From assembly GCA_002269645.1 (NCBI GenBank), contig NIVC01000168.1, positions 413,297 through 477,296 of the forward strand: 64,000 nucleotides of DNA, given 5' to 3'. This document shows, in pieces, positions 49,079 through 60,397 of this stretch. The DNA comes from Macrostomum lignano. Its lineage: Eukaryota. How positions within the stretch are numbered: position 1 is the stretch's first letter; each line of letters begins with the position of its first letter. The notes beneath the pieces were generated by a model. The model saw only the letters and a list, made by a program, of their open reading frames with translations, was not told the origin of the DNA and searched no databases. Made by a program: the position numbers and the translations under genes.

Positions 49079-50045
49079 CTCCTCGCAATTTCATCAAGCG
49101 TAAGAAGCATATAGATGCAACATGTACATGAAGTGCTCGGAACTACATTGTGTGCCATGCACACACTGCATAAAAGCAAATAAGAGTCCCAGTTGACTTT
49201 GTGGCAGTCTGACTGCATGTAAAATTAAACACTTCCTGGCGCTGGACCGGCCCACACCGCTGACGCTGCTGGGCATGCGGACTTTGCCCGGAGAAATATC
49301 GAAACCCTCAGCTGTTTTACTTAATCTGTAGGCATGAGTTACTCAGAGAGATAGGGTGTAGAGCTGAGAAACAATGCCAGTTTCTTATCAATGTTTGCTA
49401 GCATGCGTGCAGTCACTTTATTTAGAGGCAGAGCACGTAGAGGCAAAAGAATGGTGCAGGTTGACACAAACTGACCGAGCAGTGAGAGGATGAGCACCAA
49501 ATACGGCTGCTAGCGCTTGCTAGCCTGGGCTGTGCACAAATGCAGCTGGCTGTATAAAACTCAAAGCCTTACAGACACTCAGCTGCCGACATGAAAACAA
49601 TCATTCTGGACAACACTTATAATACCTAACTTGAATTCTTGTCCGTCTGAAACAGCTTGAAGGCTTGCCTCTTGTCTACTATGTCTACCACACGGCATAT
49701 CTTTTCTCACCATCTGCGTCTTGTAACCCGCGCAGGCACAGAACTTTCTTTCTGTTCATTTTTTGACAAGCTAGGAAACACATCTTGAAGGGTCTCGTTT
49801 GCTGCAGTCTTTTTAGCGTCATAAAAGTTTCTGTCTTTGCGTATTCGCTGCTCAACCAGAAACACTTGACAAATGAACTTGTAAACAATCATTCAGGGAA
49901 TTGACAACCAGTCTCAGAGCAAACGGACTTGAACCAATTTTATGAAATGGTGAATCAAAAACAAATCTCATGAAGTATTCGAACTTTCGGAAGAGCATCT
50001 CAAGAGTCTCGACGGGAGAGCCTCCGAGTATGGACAGTATGAAGG

Positions 50046-50641
50046 CAAGGAATACTCAAGTAGGACGGGAAACATCGTTTCTTGGAAAATTTTAGGAGGC
50101 AGGTTTTCCGAAAAAATACACAACGGGGATAGGAAGTTTTCATTTTTTAGCACAAAATGTTATTAATTTTGATTTGATAGGAGGCAGAGCCAATGTTCTT
50201 CTTTTGATATGATGTGCCTTTCTTATAGCTCTACTCGTATCGATATTTGTAGAGCTTTGGAAAATTAGTAAGATTCTATATTTTTTCTTCAACGTACATT
50301 TCCTGTACCTAAGAATCATAAAAATTCATGACACAGCTCGATTCATTAGTTTTTGAATCTACTTTATCATTTCCTGTTACGATCATATTGTTACAGACAG
50401 CTACGAATGATAAAATAGATTAATAAACCAAATGAGCCAAGCTGTCGTTGTAATGGTTTTTAGACACAGGACAAGTACAATTGCACGTAAAATAAAAAGT
50501 TAACATAGAATAATAGTTTTTTTAATGAAAACTTTATTATTATCAATAGAGCTATTTAAAAAGGCACACCATTACAAAATATTAACATTGGGGTATGGCT
50601 CCTAACGAAACAAATAACACAATTTTGTGCTGAAAAAATGC
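50046..50641. mobile_element. Older, diverged and truncated copy of the 45.1-45.8 kb foldback family
   Basis: CAAGG start, then GGACGGGAAAC.TCGTTTCTT.GAAAATTTT...GATAGGAGGCAGA...CTTTTGATATG.TGTGCCTTT colinear with the 45.1 kb arm; ends in TGTGCTGAAAAAATG. Confidence 0.8.
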
Positions 50642-51777
50642 AAACTTGAAAACTTGCAAATTTGCAAACGGAAAGCCATGAACAGCTCGACGGGATAGCT
50701 CGTGCTCCAGCAAAAAGGACTTACAAATTTTAGAGTGCATTAAGTGGTGGAAAGCCGATTTTACGCAGACATTCAGAATTCATCTGCAGATCAAAATGCA
50801 TCATTCATTCACTTCAAGTAAGATAGATATCGAATGAAAAGACCGAATGAAAAGAGCTGGGCAGTTCAAAACGCAACTAGATTCCAATCAGATTTGCATT
50901 CGGTCTGTTTTTACATATTGTAAATTACTAAAGAACTCTAGCTTGTATTTTTAAACCGAAAATTCGCCCACGGCACAATTGTGGCCTAAGTCGTTGACCT
51001 AAGTCGTTGCTGGAGCAGGAGTTTATGATCTGGGCTCGCAGATGGCCGCGTGATATTTGTAAACATGCAGAAATAATATTTAATGAAATCGCACTGGAAA
51101 TTCAGGAACGCCCCCACTTGGGCACTTTGAATCCAGATCAAAGCTCTCGTATTCGTTTCTGTCTTTGCCTATCTCCGAGCGGACTGCGCCAAAGCTACCG
51201 GCCCGCGGGGAGGGGCGGCGTGCAGCGGCATGGTGCAATGCCGCTAATAGCCATTAGTCTGACAGATATTATAAAACCTGCCTTTATCGAGACCCAAAGC
51301 AAGCATATAAAGATAGATACAGTAAATAGATATATGGGGCTTAGTCGCACCTTGTTGCAAAGTACCGCCATTTAAAGGCATTTTCAGCACAATAAAAAGC
51401 CGGCCCACGTATTGCTCATTGAAGTATCAAAATAGTATAAATAACTCAGAAAGAAACTATAAAAATGCAAAACAACTAACTAGCTGTTATGGACTATCTG
51501 AAATTGGTAAGTTTGGCTCAACATTCGAATTCTCTGCATGCTTGGCTAACGAAACACTGAAAAAGTTCTCGTTAATCGGAATTTTCGATTTGAAAAATTA
51601 TTCAGTGACACGAGATGCTGTAAACAGAGTGACAGTACGTTATGCAGTGTTTGAAAATACTATGCTGAGTACAGTGGAGTAGTGGGAGTATAGCACATTA
51701 TGAAATGCCATTCAATGAAAAACTTATTTAATCACAGGTCTCCTGACTGGCAACGTGCGGAGACTTGCCAGCAACCG

Positions 51778-52053
51778 ATGCGGACTCGGCCGCCTCCGCC
51801 GCTGCTCGCCGTCCTCCTCTTTGGATCGGTCTGCCTGGCGTCAGCTGTGTCGGATTTCGACATTCCTTCCGGCAGCAATGGTCTGGAGGTGGATTTGTCC
51901 GGTCGCAATCTAAGTCAATCTGTGCGTCTAGCTGTTGTCATGACAACGCCAAAGCCTCTGCCTGGCGAGCTGACAGGGACGATCGCCCTGAGGCTGCTCA
52001 ACGTTTCCGGGAACCCCCAACTGCGGAATATTGTGGTGGACGGCTCGCTGCAG
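51778..52053 (+). CDS. Type I membrane LRR protein, exon 1 (signal peptide)
   Basis: MRTRPPPPLLAVLLFGSVCLASA...VDLSGRNL...LRLLNVSGNPQLRNIVVDGSLQ|GTTAGA; 92 codons. Confidence 0.75.
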
Positions 52054-52130
52054 GTTAGACCATCCTTAGTGCTGTACATGTACGACATATATGTACATAA
52101 ATACTGTCAATAAAGCTCCAGGATGTGTCT

Positions 52131-52346
52131 AGGCATTCGATAGAGCTGTAGGATGCATTCGATAGAGCTGTAGGATGCATTCGATAGAGCTGTAGGATGC
52201 ATTCGATAGAGCTGTAGGATGCATTCGATAGAGCTGTAGGATGCATTCGATAGAGCTGTAGGATGCATTCGATAGAGCTGTAGGATGCATTCGATAGAGC
52301 TGTAGGATGCATTCGATAGAGCTGTAGGATGCATTCGATAGAGCTG
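52131..52346. repeat. 22-bp minisatellite, about 9-10 copies, in intron 1 of the LRR gene
   Basis: Unit GATAGAGCTGTAGGATGCATTC. Confidence 0.96.
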
Positions 52347-52466
52347 CCGCTGACTTATACGGACCCTGACTGTTGTATTTTGCCGTTGTTGTTGTCATTG
52401 CTATTGAGAAGGTTAGATGTAACAACATTCATTTAAAAGAAGGAGCTTGCTGTCCACAACTCCCAG

Positions 52467-53160
52467 GTCATGCAAATCGACACTCTAGACATCAGTGGGA
52501 CCTCTGTAACGCCAACAAAGGAGCTGATCGAATTTAACTCGCCCCAGGACGTGCTCCTCACCATTCGTCAAGTCTTTATCAACTGTACGGCTCAGCCGGA
52601 AACTCTCTTTGATTTGCAAAGCTTCGCCGAGCTGCTGTACCGTCTGCGCTCTCAGACCTTTGTCCTTGACGGCTGGCCTGTGACGAACTTCTCCGCCAAC
52701 TTCAGCCAAGCTGACAACTTCTGCCAGAGCAAGAATTTTGAATCGATCAGCGTTCGCCGTGCCCGGATCCACCGACTGACCGACGCTGTCGTGAGCGCCA
52801 CCCAGAGCATCGACTTCAGCTTTAACGACATCAGCGAGGCGCTCGGCGTCTCCTTCAGCTCGGCAAGCGTAGACCTCCGCGGCAACCGGCTCAGCCGCCT
52901 GGCCTCCGTGAGCTTCAAACCGGGAGCTTCCTGTCGCACTGAGGTCACTGGACCTCCCGAGGTTCGACTCGATGACAACGCTCTGACAGTGGCCACTCTA
53001 GTCGAAGCCATTGAAAGCTCGGCTTCTCAGCCGATTGTGCTTCGTGGTCTGGACTTGTCGCACAACCCGCTGGTGGCTTCTATGCCAACTACAGGGAAGC
53101 CAGAGAAGCGAATCCAAGTTACCGAGTGGCTTCGGCTCCGGGCTGTGGTTGGCAGCAAAG
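52467..53160 (+). CDS. LRR protein exon 2
   Basis: TCCCAG|GTC ATG. LRR-like motifs LDISGT, IDFSFNDI, VDLRGNRL, LDDNAL and LRGLDLSHNPL; donor AAA G|GTAGGA (phase 1). Confidence 0.8.
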
Positions 53161-53476
53161 GTAGGAAATCCAGTAGGTCGAATGAAGCACTCTTAGTTAA
53201 AGAACTCTGTTGGTTCCATTCGTACATCAAAGGCACTATAACTATAACAAACACCTTTGTTGGAATGATTTGGTAAACAACGACTTTGCCTGATGTGTCT
53301 TAATGTTTCTTAGAAAAGACTATCCTGTATAGCAAAGTCAAGGAGATTTGGGTTTTAGGGTTAGCAGGCAGTCATTACACGGAGGAAATTAGTTGTATTT
53401 TTAGCAAAGATCAACTTATCGGCTTGACGAATTTTGTTCATCAATTCGAAGCTTTTCCAAAATTTCCCTAAACCAG

Positions 53477-53868
53477 CTGGTGACGACTCCAATCGCAACC
53501 TGACAGCGCGAAGACTTGGCAGCCTGCTCAGTCGACTTTTTGAACCACCCAAAGTCGGCGGCCCTGCCAGTTTGGACCTGTCCAGCAACCAGCTGGACAG
53601 CCTGGCCGCGGCTTCCCACGTTCTGCTGGCCTGGACTGGCGGCGGACCGTCGGCTGCTGGAGGACCACTGCAACTGGCCGAGCTCCGGCTCGCTGGCTGG
53701 AATGCCCACACCGATCATCTCAATCTGAGCGAACTTGACCCGGCCGTCCGACCAACGCAATGGCTCGACCTGGGAGACCTGGGCAACGGCGTACGCAGCC
53801 TGTCGGTTGTTGCCAACCAGAGTGTTAATGACAGCTTCAACGGCATGAAGGCGGCGTGGAATGGAGAG
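53477..53868 (+). CDS. LRR protein exon 3
   Basis: AAACCAG|CT (phase 1); LDLSSNQL, LAELRLAGWN, WLDLGDL; donor GAG|GTTAGA. Confidence 0.75.
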
Positions 53869-54622
53869 GTTAGAAAATCGAAATCTTTTTGTTCCCATCT
53901 TTCTGTTCATTCTGTTCACCGCAAAACTTGAATCGGTCCATCCACCTTCGGCTGTTGCAAGTGATGTTGTTAACAGTTTGCTGCCTAATTTGGTTGTTGA
54001 CTTTGAAAGACTTTTAGATTTAATTTCAGATAGTTGTGCTTCTGTAGACCCTTTTTATTTATACAATTTTTTGGATTAGTTCGTTTATGAAAAAGTCATT
54101 CAAGAAAAAGAAGATACTCGCTGTTATAGAAACTGTTTAGGGAAGATGCTACTAACGAGTAGTGAGCAAAGAATATCAAGCAAATCTCTTATAGTGTGTG
54201 GGTAAAGGTTGCGTGTAAACTGACTGTGACATCAGAACTTGAAATTTGTGACGACAGATAAGCCTGTAGCTCGTCTGAAGAGTAAGAACTCAGAAACCAG
54301 TCCTGAATATCACGAGATCAAATCACGTTTTGGGCACTCATTGAGAGGCTCTCTGACAAGGTTGTAGTTGACGTAGACAGGAAACTTTAGGCAGGATGTA
54401 GCAGACATGATTTCGTCATTGTAGTCGATACTAATACGTGTAATTATTGATATACGAGCTATTAAATGTCTCACTTAAGGGCTACTGAAAAATAGCTTAA
54501 TTTTTGCTGTTATTCTTCCTCTAAATCTAGGCTAAAGTACTTTAAATAGGTAAAGAGAACATTTCTCTGTCACTATTAATACGCGCATATCATATGAAGC
54601 TGATTGGTAACGGCTCAACCAG

Positions 54623-54982
54623 GTGCGCCTCCAACCTCTGCCCGGTGCTTGCTGCCGCGCCCAAGGCTCCAACGACCGGCTGCTGTTCTGCTTCATCCGG
54701 CCGGAGACGCACGCTGGCTATCGTCGGCTCATCTGCGGTGGCCAAGAACGCCCGCCTACTGCGCCGCCGACCCCACCACTGCCGCCAGCGCCGGCTCTGG
54801 TTCTCGCGCTAGCCGCAGTTGCCGCCTGCCTGGCCATCCTGCTCGTCGCGGTCGCCGTGGTTGGCTGCGTTCGACGTCGCCGGAAGCATCAATCGACTCG
54901 ATTGCGATCGGAGCCTCAGAAGTCGCCGCGACAGGATGTTGGGGTGGAGGCAACCGCGTTGAGACCGGTTGAAGAGGCATGA
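54623..54982 (+). CDS. LRR protein exon 4 (Cys cluster, Pro-rich stalk, TM helix, short tail)
   Basis: CAACCAG|GTG; ...PPTAPPTPPLPPAP-ALVLALAAVAACLAILLVAVAVVGCV-RRRRKH...EEA*. The whole model is 573 aa. Confidence 0.78.
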   Translation: MRLQPLPGACCRAQGSNDRLLFCFIRPETHAGYRRLICGGQERPPTAPPTPPLPPAPALVLALAAVAACLAILLVAVAVVGCVRRRRKHQSTRLRSEPQKSPRQDVGVEATALRPVEEA

Positions 54983-56507
54983 GAAGCAATCCTTGACTGC
55001 TGTGCAGGTTTCAATCCACTTATGCGTTCCGCTCGTTCTTCGTTTCTTTGTTTTCTGAACTTTTTTCTTTTTTACGCCACTTTGGGGCCAGTCCGAAATC
55101 AAAGAAATTGCTGAGAGGGTTTGACCGGTTCAGAATGCTTCAAATCTCCATGGCCTCTTGCACCGCTGCTTCCATTTTGTGCAATCTGTATAGTGCCTAT
55201 GCCAGTATGGAATACTGTAGAGCCATAGCTGCTTATTATTGCATTATGACTGCGGCTTTCTGCTTGACGAATTCACTTTTTCTTATCGTTGATTTAGCTA
55301 GGTGCGGTGTATTTACTAGCGTGCTAATTGATTTGTTGATCTAGTTCTTCGTTCTCTATGCATTAAAGCATTTTTATAGCGAAAGTAAGTTCTTTCCCAA
55401 GCTACATACATGTTCATGCCGGTCTTTGTCTCAGTTTCCACTGGCGACAGCTCGTACAGAGTTGCCCTTTGCTTTCAAGTTGATCGCATAAGTAGGCCGA
55501 AAAGTACATTAGTCTGACCAATGAGCTGAATGTAATATGCGCCTGGTCCATCCATTGCCTGTAAAATGTTTAATACAATTAGTGTGCAAATCATTTTATA
55601 TATGTAGTATAACTTAACTATTTCCAAGTATAACAAACTTTACAGTAATTTCAGTTGAATGTGACAAAGTAACTTCTCTGTCTTTAAAGTTTTTTTGCTG
55701 GTCAGGACTTTTCATGAAGGAGCGTAACTTCAGTACTTGAAGTCTTATGCACCAATACAGTATAGGCATATCGCTTTTATGCTTGTGTCCTACGTTTGCA
55801 ATCTTCCAACCATCCGGTTGTTTTATCTCCTTTTATCTATCTAACTGTAATCCTGAGCTTCGAAGACATTCGAAATTCCTACTCGTATAGACCAAAGTAA
55901 CCCTCTTTCGCAGTTCGTATCTAGGGAAAATACTAAACGAGCGACCAGTAATACATCTTAAACGTCCTCCCATATTTGCAAGTAAAGTAGTGTCCAGAGC
56001 GTCTAGAATACCGTGTATTATCGTGTGGCTATATGAATAGACTAAGCGTAGCTATTCGAGCTAAATTTAGCTATCAGCGCCTGGGAACACACGGAAAGAA
56101 TAGCGGACCAGCAAGTGATTTGCCAGAGCCAACACCAGTGAATTAAAGAATGTGTAAAACAAACACCAGGAGCTCATAAAACTACACGATAATATTAGGC
56201 AATTAAAGCTCAATAGCTGATTGTGAGAACATGTAGCTATAATTAAGATAAAGCTAGAGCATTTTAAATTTAAAGTGTAGCATTGTGGGAGCACCTAGTG
56301 AAAAACTGGGCATGACAAATGAAGTTCGAGAAACAGTAGCTTACTGCAATACTGCATGCGAAGGCAGCCACCTGTTGCAGTTTCTAAATACGTATCACTA
56401 TCGTACTGAGTATAAATTGCAACATAAAAATCGCTCTGGCCTGAATCAGTCTGGCCCATATCCATATCTCAAGTCAGTCTGAGCTCCCCAGTCTGTGGTC
56501 ACCAGTC

Positions 56508-56746
56508 ATGCAGCAAACGCAACGTCTATTTCCGGTACTGCTGTCGCTTTTGTCTCTGCTGCTTCTTGCAGCAGCTGCGGTGCCCCGTCTTGACAAGGAC
56601 TTCAATGAAAACTATCGTGATGACATCGTCAACAGTCGAGATTGTTCGGTGCCAAAAAGATCCTCTGTTCAGGAGGCCATGAACGAGCTGTTCACCTGTC
56701 TGTTGGAGACTCGTGTTCAGAATACTGAGGTGTTCCGACTCGCCAG
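56508..56746 (+). CDS. ENDOU: EndoU/XendoU-family endoribonuclease, exon 1 (signal peptide)
   Basis: MQQTQRLFPVLLSLLSLLLLAAAA...VQEAMNELF...FRLA-AG|GTGACC (phase 2), joining in frame to the EndoU domain exon. Confidence 0.8.
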
Positions 56747-57077
56747 GTGACCATATGGGCTACTAATATGTTGAATTTTTACTTATACGTACTTCATCAT
56801 CAGAGACTTACGCTACACTTCAATTTTGGCGGATGTGTGTATCTGTGTGTATATGCGGTTACCGGTATCCTTTATTAAGCTAAAGCTTTTTTGATAAGCC
56901 TTAAAATTTGGGAGACTTTCACGAGCTCATACTTAATTAACGAAGTCGCCTCCACCGACAAACAATCATAGGTACGAGTAAGTGGTGTAATTCTAGTTAC
57001 GGCTGAGCTCGGCTTCCCTTTTGTCAGATAGTTACATGTATTCTGACTCAATCGTTCAACTCGCCCACTTGCTTCAG

Positions 57078-57816
57078 ACAGATCGACTTCGGTGGCATTG
57101 CCGGAAACGGGGTCACACAGAAGCCCCTGCTTACAAGATTGTACTCCATCGCCAAAGTAACGGCCGCCAGCGAAAGTTACCGGCGCTACTTTGACGTTGT
57201 CTCGATCTTCACTCCGGAGCTCGGTCAGGATGAAGTCCGTGGTTCGAACGAGCTTGCGCTAGAAGCCGCCTACCTGGCTCACCTACTGAGCACACCGTTT
57301 ATTCGTGACACCTACGCTACTCTGCGGGCTAATAATGCTATTGATGCGGCAGTTTCGCTGAACCAGTTCGTTTACGGCATAATGTACGACCATTGGTTCA
57401 AGCTGTACGCACGAACTTCCAAGGCGCATGCGGCTGGCCGGAGGGAGAGCTCCGGCTTCGGCCACGTGTTCGTTGGCGAGGTGAAAACCAACGATGTGAC
57501 CGGCTTTCACAGCTGGCTGCAGCTGCTACTGGCGGAGACGCAGGGCAATTTTGACTACAAGGGCTACGTGCGAATCCAGGACAGCTCGGTGCTCATTGGC
57601 GGCATTCAGTTCAGCTGGATGGGCCGTTCAAAGTCGCTGTCCAGCGTAATGTTCGGCGTTCCACCGGAGTTCGAATTGGCCCTCTATTCGGCCTGTTTCA
57701 TAGTGAATCCCGGCCGCAGGACCAACTTGTCAATCAAGGGTCGACCTGTTTCAGTGCAGACCTTCTATGTCAACCACCAGCCTGAGTCAGTGGCAACCGC
57801 ATACCCGATTGTCTAA
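57078..57816 (+). CDS. ENDOU: EndoU-family endoribonuclease, exon 2 (catalytic domain)
   Basis: CTTCAG|A; HWFKLYAR...SSGFGHVFVGEVK...GFHSW...NFDYKGY...QFSWMGRSKSLSSVMFGVPPEFELALYSACF...VATAYPIV*. The model is 325 aa. Confidence 0.93.
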
Positions 57817-59041
57817 GCTTAGAAAATAAGAGCTGAGAAATATACACGAATTGTATGAGTCAAGCGAGTGTCCGTCTGCATGACAATAGCCTGGTTACTT
57901 GAGATGTACATGTTGCACCTCTGTACGATACGTGTGAACGTGTGAGATAATAAGTCACAGTTAATTCTTTCTATTAGAGTCAATACATATACAAAGCAAA
58001 GTACAAATACAAAGTTCCATCACAATGCACTATCAGTCCCACATGATAGTGGGCCAATGCACCGTGGTAGTAGTATAAACATAATATTTTTTCGACCAAG
58101 CTATATATGTACGAAGGTAATTTTCTGCAAGTATTTTAGTCACTTCTCACTAATTGCTACCTGGATACATATTTAAAAACAACGCATGTAATGTGACGTC
58201 TGTGTGTACTTGAAAATGATAAATTTTACATGCAGCTATATCCATATGCTGTACATACTCTATGTATCTTACTAGCTACATGTATGCACATGCAGCTACA
58301 TGTACATAATTTATCCACCATTATTAACAAAGCTCCATGGAAATTTGAATCGGTCCAGCTATAGGTACACGGTAAAAATAGCTATCAATGCTTGCATGTA
58401 AAAATACTCGAGAATTCTGAGTTGCTGCATGGTAACCGATGGGCTGCAGGTGATCTTTTACAAGCAAGCAAATTGTACACATTTTATTAATAATGTGCAT
58501 CATTGCAAGTCATTCAGTGAAAGCCCCGTCAAGTAATACTTAAAACTCTCATTTTCAGTGCATGTTCCGTTTATGTTATCTACAGTGTAGTTATTGTAAA
58601 TGCGTGTAAAATTACTACCATGAAAATGGCTACCATAATTGTATGATTATCCATCTTCTGAAAGATACTAAAATTAATTAACAAAACATATAATTGATTA
58701 CACCTGCCCCCAATGGGGAGATGTGCAACCAACAACAGCTATATATATTTTGCACGACGCATCTGAAGGCAAAATAACTTTTTTTTACATCTGAAAGCAA
58801 AAATAAATTTTTCCGAGTGTGTCGAGTATCGAACCCCAGCCTTTTATAGTCGTGAAACCGACGCTCTTACTACTAGTAAGCTACCACCCATTTAGTAGTA
58901 GAGGGAAAAATTAAAACTACTACTAATCTCAGGACAATACTTGCATGGATGCCACGTACATGTAAAAGTACCTATCAATAAATTAAGAAGGGTTCTGGAC
59001 CGGAATAGATCAGAGTTCAAAAATATACATATAGACTACTA

Positions 59042-60397
59042 CTTCGGCTGTCCGGAAAGTCGTGAGAATGTGTCAATTAAGCAAGAAAGCAGCAAGCTGT
59101 TGACGTGGCACACATAAATTTTCAATAATAGACTCATATAGTTCTATGGTGAAAATTCTTGTTACTCTAGTAGCAAAGTTGGGGGCAGGGGCGAGCTCAG
59201 TATAAAGTGCTCAATAGCAAATGCAACGCGGTGATCAAGCTTGAAAATTTTGACAGCGAGTTCTTCAAAATGGAAGACTTCCAGGGTTATGCCTATGCTA
59301 GATACCGTCTTGGAATCTCCGCTCTCAGCTGCCATGACGAGCTGCTTAAAGTTTATGGAGATGCTGCACCAGGTCAGTCAACGGTTTACAGATGGTATTC
59401 GAAGTTCTGTGACGAAGCATTTCCCCGGTCTCAGCTCCTCGGACTGGCCGGCCATGGTCAACAAGGACAGCGGAACTGATCGAAACCTGCCGAGCTCTTG
59501 TTGAAGAGGATCCAAAAGTTTGTGTCCGAGACCTCGCTGACTTTGGAAGTTGGAAAAACAACAGTGCACGAAATTTTGACTGAGGATTTGCACCTTCGAA
59601 ACGTTTCTGCTGTCTGGGTTCCGCATGCTCTATCCGCATGCTCTAGAACAAAGACTGCTCGCATCAATTGTGCCAAGCAAATTCGCAGGCTTTTTTACAA
59701 CAAAGGGCATGGAAAACTTTTGCGACAAGTACGTGGTGGAGGATGAGACATGGGTGTACCTGAAAAACACTGGCACAAAGCAAAACAACAGGTGCTAGCT
59801 TGGCCAAGGAGATCATCGGCCCCAGGTTGTCAGGCACTCAGTCGGCAATGCAAAGACAATGCTTCTGGTTGCTTTTACTCCAAACAAGCGCTTCTCCATT
59901 GAATCCACAGACCCAAAGCAAACTGTTGATGCAAATGGCATAGTTAAGTTCATTCGGCACACCGGGGACCTATGGCGTACTCTCAGGTCAAGGCCAATTC
60001 ATCTGTCGGATGTTCTTTGGCAGTGGGACAATGCGCGACCTCACGTAGCCCGTTCTGTGCAGCAGTACATGGAGTCCCGTGGAGTTCAGCTGGTGTTTCA
60101 GAGTCCTTACAGCCCAGACTTCAATCTGTGCGACCGTTTTTTATTCAGTTGGATGAAGACTGATTTCTCCAGGCGAGTGTTCAGCGACCACAATGAAGTT
60201 CGAGAAGCTGCGTTGCAATGGGCAAGAGGCCTTGACGAAGATTGCTTGAAAAGAGAGGTTCAGCGACTCGTTGACCATTGCCAAGCTGTAATCAACGCAA
60301 GGAAAGATTACATTACCAACTAGTACAGTTATCGTGTTTTCTGATAGTTCTGACTGGTTTTTTAAATACATTCTCACGACTTTCCGGACAGCCGGAG
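59042..60397 (+). mobile_element. Full-length decayed mariner-like (DD34D) element, divergent from the other two
   Basis: TIRs CTTCGGCTGTCCGGAAAGTCGTGAGAATGT and revcomp CTCCGGCTGTCCGGAAAGTCGTGAGAATGT, TA at both ends, 1356 bp. Transposase 59270-60323 has WVPHAL, EDETW, WDNARPH and QSPYSPDFNLCD (34 residues between D2 and D3), with frameshifts and stops. Confidence 0.95.

Noticed and set aside
52055-52428. Minus-strand ORFs with MHPTALSNASYSSIECILQLYR repeats
   Set aside because: They are an artefact of the 22-bp intronic array.
58812-58890. tRNA gene on the minus strand (B-box-like GGTTCGATACTC)
   Set aside because: No proper acceptor stem or 7-nt anticodon loop could be formed; at most a degenerate tRNA-derived SINE head.
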